Assembly: GCA_018396655.1 (NCBI GenBank)
Contig: JAGTQF010000004.1
Span: 317 to 64,316, forward strand
Length of the DNA: 64,000 nt
Reading direction: 5' to 3'
Source of the DNA: Candidatus Bathyarchaeota archaeon
GTDB taxonomy: Archaea; Thermoproteota; Bathyarchaeia; Bathyarchaeales; DTEX01
Position numbers and translations under genes: made by a program. Position 1 is the first letter of the stretch; each line of letters starts with the position of its first letter. This document shows positions 44,925 through 55,207 of this stretch, in pieces. The notes below the pieces were generated by a model. That model was not told where the DNA came from. It ran no database searches and worked only from the letters and a program-made list of their open reading frames with translations.

Positions 44925-46112
44925 TTGATTAACGGTAGAATCGTCGTAAAGTTCGGTGGAACAGACCTTGCCAGCGGTGAAAAGATTAGAAGGGCTGCCA
45001 AGATGGTTTTGGACGCTGGCTTTAGGGAGGTTGTTGTCGTAGTTTCAGCCATGGGTGAGACAACAAACAATTTAATCAATATTATGTCGCAGATAGGTGG
45101 GGTGAGCGATAGAGACTACGCGGATATAGTGTCTATGGGTGAAAGGACAAGCGCCCGAATATTCTGCTCGGCCCTAAGAGCATTAGGCGCCGATGCTGTT
45201 TATCTTGAGCCTAGCCATGAGGAGTGGCCTATAATAACGGATTCAAACTTTAGGGATGCTAAGCCAATTATGGAAGAGACATGTGAGCGCATCCATAAAT
45301 ATGTTGAACCACTATTATCAAGTGGAAAGATAGTTGTTGTCTGCGGCTTTTTGGGAAGAGATAAGGATGGAAACGTTACGACCCTCGGAAGGGGCGGAAG
45401 TGACACAACGGCCCTAATATTAGCGAACTGCCTAAACGCTGAAGAAGTTATACTCGTTAAGGAGACTGAGGGTGTTCTATCAGCCGACCCAAAAATAATT
45501 CAGAAACCAAGAGTTTTAGAGAGGCTGGATATACATGAGATGTTCGCTCTAGCACATGGAGGCGCAAAAATCATCAAGGCTGAAGCACTAAAATATAAGC
45601 TTCCAAGTCAGAGGTTGAGGGTTGTTAGCTTCGATTCTGGCAATTTAAGGTCTGGGGGAACAGAGATATTTGGGGTCTTCAACTCAAACTCATTCGAGAT
45701 TAGAGAGGAGAGGAATCTGGCGGCGATAAGCCTAATCTGCAGCATAGAGCCCGAAAGCCTAAGCCAAATCTTCGCGGCGCTCGCCGGAAATAGGGTTCTT
45801 GGGGTTAGCACTGGTAGAGGCTCAATCACAATATTTGTTTCAACACCGAACATAAAGGATTTAATGGCTAAACTACATGAGCTGAGCGCAGTTAAAGCCC
45901 TGAGCTGCATAGATAAAGTCGGCTTGGTTGAGGTTTCGCATCCAATCTTCGTCGATTCTCCCGGATGGGTTGCGAAGATAGCTGAGGCTTTAGCATCCAA
46001 AGGTATAAATATTATCGAAATCACAACGAGCAAAGCTGCGATAAGCATATTTATTGAGGAATCAAAAGTTAATGAGGCTGTTAAGGTTGTGAGGGATTCC
46101 CTTGAAGCGTAA
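44925..46112 (+). CDS. lysC: aspartate kinase
   Basis: Contains [18 protein letters not shown] and [10 protein letters not shown], with C-terminal ACT repeats. TTG start. Confidence 0.85.
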   Translation: MINGRIVVKFGGTDLASGEKIRRAAKMVLDAGFREVVVVVSAMGETTNNLINIMSQIGGVSDRDYADIVSMGERTSARIFCSALRALGADAVYLEPSHEEWPIITDSNFRDAKPIMEETCERIHKYVEPLLSSGKIVVVCGFLGRDKDGNVTTLGRGGSDTTALILANCLNAEEVILVKETEGVLSADPKIIQKPRVLERLDIHEMFALAHGGAKIIKAEALKYKLPSQRLRVVSFDSGNLRSGGTEIFGVFNSNSFEIREERNLAAISLICSIEPESLSQIFAALAGNRVLGVSTGRGSITIFVSTPNIKDLMAKLHELSAVKALSCIDKVGLVEVSHPIFVDSPGWVAKIAEALASKGINIIEITTSKAAISIFIEESKVNEAVKVVRDSLEA

Positions 46113-47157
46113 AAGCGTAGCGATATTAGCTGCAACAGGTGCTGTGGGGCAGAGGTTCGTTCAGCTTCTAGAGAATCACCCATGGTTCGAAATATCTGTC
46201 CTAGCCGCTTCAGAGCGCTCAGCTGGCAAGAAATATAGGGATGCATGTGCATGGCGAATGGAAACGGATATGCCGAAAGAGATAGGTGAGATGACTGTTG
46301 TGAACACGGACCTTAAGGCGGTTAAAGAAGCAGGTGACGTGGATATAGTTTTCTCAGCTCTCCCCGGAGATATAGCTGGGCCAATAGAGGAGTCATTTGC
46401 CGTGGAGTTCCCAGTGCTTAGTAAGGCTGCAGCCCATAGAATGGACGAGGATGTCCCACTTCTAATACCAGAGGTCAATCCGGAGCAGCTGGAGCTAATA
46501 CCTATACAGAAGCGTAGGCGAGGCTGGAGCGGCTTTATATCAACAGACCCTAACTGCTCAACGATACAGATGGCTATGACATTAAAGCCCCTAATGAAGT
46601 TTGGATTAAAGAGGGTTGTTGTCACAACAATGCAGGCTCTAAGCGGAGCTGGTTATCCCGGCGTTGCATCGCTCGACATAATAGACAATGTTATTCCCTA
46701 CATTGCTAAGGAGGAGGAGAAGATGGAGACTGAGACCAAAAAGATTCTGGGAACATTTGACGGTGAGAGGGTTAGGCCAGCCGACATAGCCATAAGCGCC
46801 AGCTGTAATAGAGTTAACGTTAAGGATGGGCATCTAGAAGTCATATACGTTGATTTAGAATATAAGCCGACGATTGAGGAGATTAAGGAGGCGTTCAGAA
46901 ATTTCATCGGTGAACCTCAGAGGCTTAAGCTTCCAACAGCCCCGGAAAGACCGATAATCGTTAGAGATGAGATTGATAGACCCCAGCCTAGGCTTGATAG
47001 GGATGCTGGAAGGGGCATGAGCATCGTAGTTGGGCGAATACGTAGTGACCCAGTTATGACAATAAAATATCTATGCCTAGGTCACAATACTATTAGGGGC
47101 GCAGCTGGGGCCGGAATATTAAGCGCGGAGCTTATGGTTGCAAAGGGCTATATATAA
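46102..47157 (+). CDS. asd: aspartate-semialdehyde dehydrogenase
   Basis: Contains [15 protein letters not shown] (active-site Cys) and [10 protein letters not shown]. Confidence 0.9.
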   Translation: MKRKSVAILAATGAVGQRFVQLLENHPWFEISVLAASERSAGKKYRDACAWRMETDMPKEIGEMTVVNTDLKAVKEAGDVDIVFSALPGDIAGPIEESFAVEFPVLSKAAAHRMDEDVPLLIPEVNPEQLELIPIQKRRRGWSGFISTDPNCSTIQMAMTLKPLMKFGLKRVVVTTMQALSGAGYPGVASLDIIDNVIPYIAKEEEKMETETKKILGTFDGERVRPADIAISASCNRVNVKDGHLEVIYVDLEYKPTIEEIKEAFRNFIGEPQRLKLPTAPERPIIVRDEIDRPQPRLDRDAGRGMSIVVGRIRSDPVMTIKYLCLGHNTIRGAAGAGILSAELMVAKGYI

Positions 47158-47160
47158 GGT

Positions 47161-48477
47161 GTGAGGGAGCGTTCGCAGCGATTGCCTAAAGCAATTCTGC
47201 CCCACGGCTTTCTGGAGAATAGGGGTGGCTACCTATATATAGATGGGGTTTCGGCAATCGAGATTGCAGAAAAGTTCGATACACCACTTTACATTTTAAT
47301 CGAGAGGCGTATACGTGAAAACTTCCGAAGATTAAAGAGCGCCCTTCTAAAGCACTACAATAAGGTTAGGGTTTATTATTCTGCCAAGGCAAACACAAGC
47401 CTAACGGTTCTAAAAATACTTGAGGACGAGGAAGCGTACCTTGATGCAGTAAGTCCCGGCGAGGTATTCCTAGCGCTTAAAGCTGGCTTTCAACCAGACA
47501 GAATACTCTTTACTGGAACAAGCGTTAGGGATGATGAACTCGAATTCCTCATCAAGCATGGCGTGACAATAAATATTGATTCGCTATCGCAGCTGCGGAG
47601 GCTTCTAAAGATGCATGTTCCGGAGATACTCTCGTTTAGGGTTAATCCAGAGATTGGAGCCGGCCACCATGAGCATGTCATCACGGCTGGTAGAAACTCG
47701 AAGTTTGGCATATGGGAGAAAGATATTGTTGATGTATATAGAATCGCGCTAGAAGCCGGTGTTAAACGATTCGGCATACACATGCACATCGGCTCTGGAA
47801 TTCTCAGTGTTGAACCATTCCTCCTAGCTGCTGAGAAGCTTCTGCAAATAGCCCATCAAATCCGCAAGGAACTCAACATAACGTTTGAGTTTATGGATTT
47901 TGGCGGTGGATTAGGGGTCCCATATAGGCCGGACGAAAAGCCCATAGATTTAGAGGATTTCGCCAGCAGAATGCTCAGCTTATTTAAGAGCCGAGCCGAA
48001 GAGTATGGTTTGGGCGGACCATTCTTCTGCGTTGAACCAGGTCGATTCATAGTCTGTGACGCTGGCATACTCCTAACGAGAGTTAATACGGTCAAAATAA
48101 CGCCCTATAAAAAGTTTATTGGCGTCGATGCCGGATTCAATACGCTAATTAGGCCAGCTATGTATGGTTCATATCACCCAATAATTGTGGCGAATAAACT
48201 TAATGAGCCTGAAAGTGAGATGTATGATGTTGCTGGTCCACTCTGCGAGTCGGGTGACCTCTTAGCCCGAGATAGATTACTTCCAGAGATTCAGGAGGGC
48301 GATTTACTTGCAATATTAAATGCTGGAGCTTATGGATTCTCAATGAGCTCCCAATATAATTCTAGGCCTAGGTGCGCTGAGGTTCTGGTTAAAGATGGAA
48401 AATACTCCCTGATAAGGGAGAGGGAGACCCTGGACGATTTAATTAGGGGACAGAGGATAGCTGACTGGCTGCAATGA
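47161..48477 (+). CDS. lysA: diaminopimelate decarboxylase
   Basis: Contains YSAKAN (PLP Lys), HMHIGSG, GGGLGVPY, CESGD and AGAYG. Confidence 0.85.
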   Translation: MRERSQRLPKAILPHGFLENRGGYLYIDGVSAIEIAEKFDTPLYILIERRIRENFRRLKSALLKHYNKVRVYYSAKANTSLTVLKILEDEEAYLDAVSPGEVFLALKAGFQPDRILFTGTSVRDDELEFLIKHGVTINIDSLSQLRRLLKMHVPEILSFRVNPEIGAGHHEHVITAGRNSKFGIWEKDIVDVYRIALEAGVKRFGIHMHIGSGILSVEPFLLAAEKLLQIAHQIRKELNITFEFMDFGGGLGVPYRPDEKPIDLEDFASRMLSLFKSRAEEYGLGGPFFCVEPGRFIVCDAGILLTRVNTVKITPYKKFIGVDAGFNTLIRPAMYGSYHPIIVANKLNEPESEMYDVAGPLCESGDLLARDRLLPEIQEGDLLAILNAGAYGFSMSSQYNSRPRCAEVLVKDGKYSLIRERETLDDLIRGQRIADWLQ

Positions 48478-48507
48478 TTGCTTTGAATCAGATGGATTCT
48501 GGAAAAT

Positions 48508-49743
48508 TTAAGTGAGCTCATCCAAGTGCCTCTTTATTTTCATTATAGCCTCTACTATATCATCCATATCCTCATTAGTTCCCAGAAATAGATACTGCGG
48601 CAACTCAACAGCCTCCTCATTATAGGCTTTCTCGGAAACCGGAAAGCTTGCTCCGCCCTCCACATACCTCCTATAGGCTTCGCTCCACCTCGGAAAATAT
48701 AATGCCTTATGTAGCGGCGGATGGGGTTTACTGCATGGTATACCCTCAGCCCTTAAAGCGGCAATAAATTTGTCCCGCGGAGCATTCCTAAAGAATGTCG
48801 AGTTATATTTAAAGCAGTATGGCCAGGGCTGATGTTTAGTTAGCCGCTCATCCACTTTAATCGGCTCTATACCTTCTATCTCCCTAAGTCTCTTATCCAA
48901 GTAAACCTGGTTTCTCTGCCTAATCTCCACCTGCTCCCTAAGTCTCTCCAGCTGCACTAGAAGGATGGCTGCTTGAATCTGGGTCATCCTATAGTTATAC
49001 CAGTTGATGATTTCGGAGGGCATAATACCCTCTTCTGGGATGCCTCCCTCCCTCAGCCGCCCGCAATCCTTTATGGCATAGCACCTTTCCGCATAAACCC
49101 TATTATTGGTGATTATTATACCCCCCTCACCAGCCGTCATAAACTTACCCTGCTGAAAGCTGAAGCAGCCCATATCGCCTATGGAGCCAGCTGGCTTATC
49201 TTCCCAAACAAAACCATGCCCTCTAGCGCAATCTTCTATCATAACCAGATTATGCTCCCTACATAATTTAACTAGCCTATTCATATCCGGGGCTGAGCCA
49301 TAATTATAGACTGGAATAACAGCCTTGGTCCTATCCGTGATGGCTTCCTCAACAGCTCCAGCATCCATACAGTATGTTTCAGGATTAACATCAACTATAA
49401 CTGGCGTAGCACCAGCCATGAGGACAGCGCTCCCAGTAGCCCAGAAGGTTAACGCTGGAACTATAACTTCGTCACTCGGGCCTATTCCAGCGGCTAGTAG
49501 GGCGACGTGTAACGCTATTGTGCCATTAGCGACGCAAATACCATATTTACAGCCATGGCTTCTAGAGAACTTCTCCTCAAACTCAGCCTCCTTAGGCCCG
49601 CTTACACCGACCCCTCCACCCCAATATCCACTCCTAATAACTTCCTCGACAGCCCTAACCTCCCTCTCATCGAAAATCGGCCATAATGGCCATCCCCTAC
49701 TTCTAGCTCTTTTGCCTCCTTTAATCGCGAGATGAAACCCCAA
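48508..49743 (-). CDS. DegT/DnrJ/EryC1/StrS-family PLP aminotransferase
   Basis: Contains ANGT.AL, VIVPALTF and FSFQQGKFMTAGEGG (PLP Lys). Confidence 0.8.
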   Translation of the reverse strand: MGFHLAIKGGKRARSRGWPLWPIFDEREVRAVEEVIRSGYWGGGVGVSGPKEAEFEEKFSRSHGCKYGICVANGTIALHVALLAAGIGPSDEVIVPALTFWATGSAVLMAGATPVIVDVNPETYCMDAGAVEEAITDRTKAVIPVYNYGSAPDMNRLVKLCREHNLVMIEDCARGHGFVWEDKPAGSIGDMGCFSFQQGKFMTAGEGGIIITNNRVYAERCYAIKDCGRLREGGIPEEGIMPSEIINWYNYRMTQIQAAILLVQLERLREQVEIRQRNQVYLDKRLREIEGIEPIKVDERLTKHQPWPYCFKYNSTFFRNAPRDKFIAALRAEGIPCSKPHPPLHKALYFPRWSEAYRRYVEGGASFPVSEKAYNEEAVELPQYLFLGTNEDMDDIVEAIMKIKRHLDELT

Positions 49744-49835
49744 GTTTCAACCCTCATAAAATATGCTCTTATTGTCTCCAAAATTAAATATAATGTTTTA
49801 ACAAGTATATAGTTTGTTTGAGGCGTCGATAAGTT

Positions 49836-50657
49836 ATGGGCTTTAGCTTTGATGAGGATTCTATTAAGGGATTAAATTATGATGAGGCATATAAAATCCT
49901 TCTTTCCTCTGAACTAAAAGACCTAAACAGAGTCTTCGACATAGTTCAAAGGGTCCTATGTATTCAGCCACACCCAGATGACACGGATGTTGCCGCTGGA
50001 GGTTTAGTGGCGAAGCTCGCTAGGCGTGGATGCGAGATTGTATATGCAACCATGACTGATGGATGTATGGGTACGTTAGACCCAAAAATGTATCCTGAGA
50101 GACTCGCATCCATTAGGGTTTCTGAGGAAGAGGAGGCTGCAAAAATCTTAGGCGTAAAGAGGCTTATATGGCTGAATTATAAGGATTCTGAACTTAAGCC
50201 AACGATTGACGCTAGAAACAGACTCATAACATTGATAAGGGAGTTTCAGCCACATCTTCTCCTAACGGTTGACCCGTGGCTAACATACGAAGCCCATTCA
50301 GACCATATAGCAACTGGTATGCTTGCCGTCGAAGCCATGTTCTTTGCGATGTTTCCCTACATTAACCCGTGGGATATGAGGGATGGGCTTAAGCCTCATT
50401 TAACGCCGTTCATAGCCCTCTATTGGACGAGGAAGCCGAATACTTACGTAGATATAACGGACTATATTGATTTGAAGTTTAGGGCTATATCAGCGCATAA
50501 AAGCCAGTTTCCACCTGAAAGGTTCTGGGAGATAGAGAATCCCCTCAAAGTATACTCTAGACTTATGGGTAAAAAGATTGGCGTAGCATATGCTGAGGCA
50601 TTTAAGGTCTTATCCATTAGGCATCTGCACTGCTGCCCCTATACTGAAGACCTATAA
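49836..50657 (+). CDS. PIG-L/LmbE-family deacetylase
   Basis: Contains PHPDDTDVAAGG and a downstream HSDH motif. Confidence 0.75.
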   Translation: MGFSFDEDSIKGLNYDEAYKILLSSELKDLNRVFDIVQRVLCIQPHPDDTDVAAGGLVAKLARRGCEIVYATMTDGCMGTLDPKMYPERLASIRVSEEEEAAKILGVKRLIWLNYKDSELKPTIDARNRLITLIREFQPHLLLTVDPWLTYEAHSDHIATGMLAVEAMFFAMFPYINPWDMRDGLKPHLTPFIALYWTRKPNTYVDITDYIDLKFRAISAHKSQFPPERFWEIENPLKVYSRLMGKKIGVAYAEAFKVLSIRHLHCCPYTEDL

Positions 50658-50723
50658 TAGGCAAGGAAAAGGATAAGGAATATATTTATTGACAATGTTC
50701 TCCTTATATAGGCATCCAAATGA

Positions 50724-51248
50724 ATGATTAAGTTCAATCGAGGAACAAGTTTGGATACTCTAAGGCTGCTGCTTGCAATTTTAACCGCGACTACGGTTCT
50801 CGGCCCAATCTGCTATGCTCTCATAGTTTACCGGGAAGATTTATCCACGCTTTTTATGCCCAGAATAGAGTTAACCCTCAATGTGCCCAGAATCGAGTAT
50901 GTAGGCTATGAATATGGGTATGAAGGAGAATTATTGAAGGTTACCATCGCGCTTAACATCACAAATCCATATAACAAAGTCTTGACCATAAGAAATGTTA
51001 CTGGAAGCGTCTATTGCCACAAGCATGGCGAGTTTCTTGGCAGTCTCTCGCTTTTAGAGGAAACCGTGCTCCAGCCAAATAAGCCAACTACATTAAAACT
51101 AATATTTGTTCTCTTAAGTGACTGTGAAAGATGTAGAGATGCAACATCATTATACGTAGACCTGAAGAATCTGTCGATTAACGTTCAGGGGATAACCTTC
51201 TACATTGGCTATGAAAATATTGGTCCAATAGCATTAGGGAGGAGCTAG
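50724..51248 (+). CDS. membrane-anchored protein, possible LEA_2/NDR1-like beta-sandwich ectodomain
   Basis: N-terminal TM helix. Beta-rich pattern (LKVTIALNITNPYNKVLTIRNVTGSVY). Confidence 0.4.
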   Translation: MIKFNRGTSLDTLRLLLAILTATTVLGPICYALIVYREDLSTLFMPRIELTLNVPRIEYVGYEYGYEGELLKVTIALNITNPYNKVLTIRNVTGSVYCHKHGEFLGSLSLLEETVLQPNKPTTLKLIFVLLSDCERCRDATSLYVDLKNLSINVQGITFYIGYENIGPIALGRS

Positions 51249-51249
51249 T

Positions 51250-51810
51250 ATGCGCGGAATCAGAATGATTAATCCATTAGGCTTGATTGGAGGAATCCTC
51301 GCAATATCAATCTTTCTCTCATCAACATTTTATGGCGAATTCTGGTGGGAGATGAGGATAGGAGAGGACATTGGTCATATTAAGGTCTCAGCATTAAATT
51401 ATGAAATAGAACTTTTAGGGTCTTTCATGGAAATAAAAATATTATGGTTCATAATTTTGGTTTTTCGGATGCTTCTTATTGAGAGCGCAATAGCCCTAAT
51501 CATATGCTCAATAGCGCCGGGAAAGAATTTCTCGGATAAATTGCTAAATTTCGCATACCTAAAGCCTCTACTCATACTTCTAACGTTCATAGTCTTCTTG
51601 CTGATTCTGCTCTTACTATTGCCACTAATAGCATTCCGCGTTTCACTCCCAATTCTGGGCTCATCCATAATTCCAATAAGACTTGACAGCGCGCGGATTG
51701 ATGCCCTAATAACATCTAGATTCACAAATTCATTCTGGATTATGATAGCGACAACACTCACTTACTTGTCAGCCCACATATACCACAATAAAATTATCAG
51801 GCATAAATAG
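51250..51810 (+). CDS. integral membrane protein, unknown function
   Basis: 4-5 hydrophobic segments. It starts 2 nt after the upstream stop. Confidence 0.4.
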   Translation: MRGIRMINPLGLIGGILAISIFLSSTFYGEFWWEMRIGEDIGHIKVSALNYEIELLGSFMEIKILWFIILVFRMLLIESAIALIICSIAPGKNFSDKLLNFAYLKPLLILLTFIVFLLILLLLLPLIAFRVSLPILGSSIIPIRLDSARIDALITSRFTNSFWIMIATTLTYLSAHIYHNKIIRHK

Positions 51811-51946
51811 AAAACCCCAATTGTTCTTTGGAACCTCACGAATTATTACCTACACATGCTCCGGTTTAATATCAACCTCCTCAAGGCCATTATAAACTGT
51901 TTATAGCAACTCCAATAAGATATCTTGAGGAAAAAATATTCTGAGG

Positions 51947-52075
51947 CTAGTTGTTTGCCTCAACTATTATGTCATCTACGCCTCTTCTATTAATGGCACC
52001 TAAAACCTTGCATAAGCCAGTTGCCAGTATGATTAGGATGAGCATTGTGAGGATTGTGAAAGGCTCACCAATCAT
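51947..52075 (-). CDS. unlisted 42-aa single-TM peptide downstream of a wHTH gene
   Basis: Hand translation: MIGEPFTILTMLILIILATGLCKVLGAINRRGVDDIIVEANN. The ATG is preceded by GGAGGG with a 6-nt spacer, directly after the stop of 52088..52369. Confidence 0.35.
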   Translation of the reverse strand: MIGEPFTILTMLILIILATGLCKVLGAINRRGVDDIIVEANN

Positions 52076-52087
52076 TCTTTTCCCTCC

Positions 52088-52369
52088 TTATAGTATTCCG
52101 AGGTTTTCAAGATTTTCATATCTACGCAAATATTCCACGCCCTTATCAGTAGTTTTAATTATATCCACTTTGCCGCTTTCTATGGTGATTAGCCCAGCCC
52201 TCTCAAGCCTCTTAAGATACTCATCTAGGAGCCTAAAGTTTATGTTCGCACCATAAACTATGCGCGTCTTTCTGGCTCCACCCTTAGCGATTCGGAGTAT
52301 TTCGGCTATTATCTCAGTGCGGCTTCTTCTCCCACCTATCACATATCCAGTAACACTCTTACTTAACAT
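52088..52369 (-). CDS. small winged-helix DNA-binding protein
   Basis: RRSRTEIIAEILRIAKGGARKTRIVYGANINFRLLDEYLKRLERAGLI has the same architecture as the 6438 and 52637 ORFs. Confidence 0.55.
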   Translation of the reverse strand: MLSKSVTGYVIGGRRSRTEIIAEILRIAKGGARKTRIVYGANINFRLLDEYLKRLERAGLITIESGKVDIIKTTDKGVEYLRRYENLENLGIL

Positions 52370-52636
52370 TATTACTTCACCTAAAACATCAGTGTAGAGA
52401 AGGTTAATTTAAATCTTTCTGGCCGAAATAAGAAAATAAAATCAGTAAAAGTAAAAAATAACAAAAATTTTGCCACATAGGTGAATTTCATTCGATTTTT
52501 ACCGAAAAAAGAAAATGATGGCAATCTCTATCATCATATGGGAAATTCGCGATAATTTTTTCCAAAAATGGAAATGTGTATGAAATTCATAAATTTTAAA
52601 TATCGACTAAAAATAGATATTTCTAACTGAGAGCAT

Positions 52637-52915
52637 ATGATGAGGAGAAAACGCTCCAAGCTTGAGGTTTATCTAGAGGTATTACGGGTGGTAAGTAGGG
52701 GGGAGAGTAAACCAACAAGAATCATGTATAAAACAAATCTATCTTGGGTGCCCCTTCAGGAAATCCTTGAATTTTTAGTCTCGCAAGGTCTTCTAGAAGA
52801 GGTTGAGTTGGAGAGGCGAAAAGAATACTTTATAACGGAGAAGGGGAGGCAAGTTTTAGCATACTTCAAGAGCATGACAGAACTGCTTCCTTATGAAATC
52901 GCTGAAAACCTATAG
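52637..52915 (+). CDS. small winged-helix DNA-binding protein (paralog of 6438..6695)
   Basis: KRSKLEVYLEVL...KPTRIMYKTNLSW...L...GLL...YFITEKGR. Confidence 0.6.
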   Translation: MMRRKRSKLEVYLEVLRVVSRGESKPTRIMYKTNLSWVPLQEILEFLVSQGLLEEVELERRKEYFITEKGRQVLAYFKSMTELLPYEIAENL

Positions 52916-52964
52916 ATTAGTCGCTTGGAAAATAAAAATGGGGAATTGCTTGTCCCCCCAAATT

Positions 52965-53345
52965 TTAGGTTCTCTCAACCCTAATTTTATCCCCATCCTT
53001 AACGTTTTTGAAGATTTTTGGGTCGCCAATTATTCTTCCGAAGACATTAACTGGGTCAGCTGGTCTAATTTCGCCTTCACGGCTTATTGGTGTTGGCCCA
53101 AAGAATATGCAGAAACCTCTTCCCGGCGGCCAATACCCTATGTCCCCAACTTCAACGGTCTCCTGGGGATTTTCCTCTCCTATTTTCACTGGTATAGTGA
53201 AGTATACTTCATCGCCCCACCTTCTTGCTTTGGCTTCGAAGGGAAGCTTCTCCCATATTGCTGCAACAGTCTTGGGGTTCTTATCCTCAAGAAGCTCCGC
53301 CTCAACCACACCAATTCTATCGCTTATAATTTTAATCTTCTTCAT
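52965..53345 (-). CDS. cyclophilin-like superfamily protein (non-PPIase small family)
   Basis: Pattern A.L.....P.T......LP......RWGDEVYF.......E.......GDIGYWPPG...CIFFGPTP recalled for the Cyclophil_like family. Confidence 0.55.
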   Translation of the reverse strand: MKKIKIISDRIGVVEAELLEDKNPKTVAAIWEKLPFEAKARRWGDEVYFTIPVKIGEENPQETVEVGDIGYWPPGRGFCIFFGPTPISREGEIRPADPVNVFGRIIGDPKIFKNVKDGDKIRVERT

Positions 53346-53441
53346 AATCTCACTTCCATAACATTAATGCAATGCCACTAATATTAGTGTTGCTGATTAA
53401 ATGGAGATAACATTTAAAATCTCTCCTGCAAATGTTTCTTT

Positions 53442-54359
53442 ATGCATAGCAGGCTTAAGGTTAGTGTTATTGGTGTCGGTAACCTAGGCTCATGCATAGC
53501 TTATGAGTTAGCTAATAGGGGCATTGTTGAAGAGCTGGTTTTAATAGATATCGTTAGGGACTTAGCGGAGGGAAACGCGATGGATATAGGGCACTCCATA
53601 GCCTTCAGAAACAATACCAAGGTTTATGCTGGGGACTATAGTGATGCTGAGGGCTCGCATATTATTGTTGTTACTGCTGGCAAGCCGAGAAGCCCGGAGA
53701 TGAAGACCAGGCTTGAACTACTTGAGGTAAACAAGAGGATAATTGCTGATGTAGCCCAGAACCTCAAGAGACTAGGCGATGAGCCCATTCTGATAACTTT
53801 GACAAACCCTGTTGACATAATGAATTACTTATTGTGGAAGTATACTGGCATGCCACGCAGGAAGGTTATTGGAAGTGCTAGCATGCTTGATTCGGCCAGA
53901 TTTAGATATTTTCTTAGTAGGAAATATGGTGTTTCAGTTTTAGATGTTGAGGCTTACGTGATAGGTGAGCATGGGGAGAATCAAGTGCCGGTCTTCAGTA
54001 GGGTTAAGATAAGGGGTGAGGTCAGAGGTTTCACGAGCCTAGAAAGGTCTGAGATTATAGATGAACTTAAGAAATCGGCTCTAGCTGTTATCTCAAAAAA
54101 GGGCGCAACGGTTTATGCACCGGCTAACAATACTGTAAATATGATTGAGAGCATTATAAGGGGTGAGAGGAGAATCTCTATATGCTCAGCAGTCTTAGAG
54201 GGTGAGTATGGCCTCAAAGATATTAGTATAGGTGTTCCCGTGACGCTTGGAAAAAATGGAATTGAGGAGATACATGAGTGGAGTCTGGATGAGGATGAAA
54301 GGAAACTATTTTATCTTGGGGCCGAGAGCATAAGGAAGGCGATTGAAAGTATCCTCTAA
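53442..54359 (+). CDS. mdh: malate/L-lactate dehydrogenase family enzyme (likely malate dehydrogenase)
   Basis: Contains VSVIGVGNLGS (Rossmann), LIDI, TAGKPR, NPVD and GEHG. Confidence 0.85.
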   Translation: MHSRLKVSVIGVGNLGSCIAYELANRGIVEELVLIDIVRDLAEGNAMDIGHSIAFRNNTKVYAGDYSDAEGSHIIVVTAGKPRSPEMKTRLELLEVNKRIIADVAQNLKRLGDEPILITLTNPVDIMNYLLWKYTGMPRRKVIGSASMLDSARFRYFLSRKYGVSVLDVEAYVIGEHGENQVPVFSRVKIRGEVRGFTSLERSEIIDELKKSALAVISKKGATVYAPANNTVNMIESIIRGERRISICSAVLEGEYGLKDISIGVPVTLGKNGIEEIHEWSLDEDERKLFYLGAESIRKAIESIL

Positions 54360-55144
54360 CATTGATTTTCAAAGTTAGAGATTTGGACCTTATGGGCACC
54401 TTCCCATAAATGCTGAAAGTAGTCTTTTGCAAACCTTACTAAATCAAGATGGTTCGACCATAATATTATTGATTGTTTGGGCTCACCGAGCATTAGCATA
54501 ACCTCGCGTCCATCAACAATTATGCCACCACCAAACATCTCATCCCTAAATCTAACCTCACCAAGCGACCTAAATTTATCTGGAAAATTACCTCCACCAG
54601 ATAACATCAACAGTAGCTTGGCACGTGAGATGCAGACGTTCCTAAGCATTGGCAAGACAGCATCAATTATCTGATACATATCCTTGGGCACCGCTACCAG
54701 AACCTCCCTCTCAGCGCTGCCAAGCATCTCTTTGAGCTTCGCAATAGCGTCTGATAGGCTCCTAAATATCCATATGTCTGGCTTCTCCCTAACACCACGC
54801 TTCTCATAAATTGGCTGAAGCTCTAAGAAGACAGTTTTTTGCCAAACCCTAACCCTGTCTTCCATGCGCAGTTTAGTTTCTTCAAGCGCTTCCCTAGGAG
54901 ACTTCGGATAATATAGTCTCGGTCGACCACCCTGACTTTTTATCCAGCCCTTATGTTCAAGCGAGTTTAGAACCTCATATATTTTTGAGTATGGTATATT
55001 CGCGTTCTCGCTTATTTGGCTTGCCGTTGAGAGCCCGCTTTTCAGAAGATACGTGTAAGCTCTAATTTCATACTCTGTTAAGCCCATATCTTTTAGGGTT
55101 GCCTTCGCTTCCTCACTCACGATTTCGCTCACACTTTTCACCAT
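54356..55144 (-). CDS. TrmB-family transcriptional regulator
   Basis: The N-terminal GLTEYEIRAYTYLLKSGLSTASQISENANIPYSKIYEVLNSLEHKGWI is a canonical TrmB wHTH. Confidence 0.8.
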   Translation of the reverse strand: MVKSVSEIVSEEAKATLKDMGLTEYEIRAYTYLLKSGLSTASQISENANIPYSKIYEVLNSLEHKGWIKSQGGRPRLYYPKSPREALEETKLRMEDRVRVWQKTVFLELQPIYEKRGVREKPDIWIFRSLSDAIAKLKEMLGSAEREVLVAVPKDMYQIIDAVLPMLRNVCISRAKLLLMLSGGGNFPDKFRSLGEVRFRDEMFGGGIIVDGREVMLMLGEPKQSIILWSNHLDLVRFAKDYFQHLWEGAHKVQISNFENQC

Positions 55145-55207
55145 ATGAAAAGTTTGAAAATTCTCTTATATAACATGCTTAAATACACTCATTTTAGTGG
55201 TGAATAA

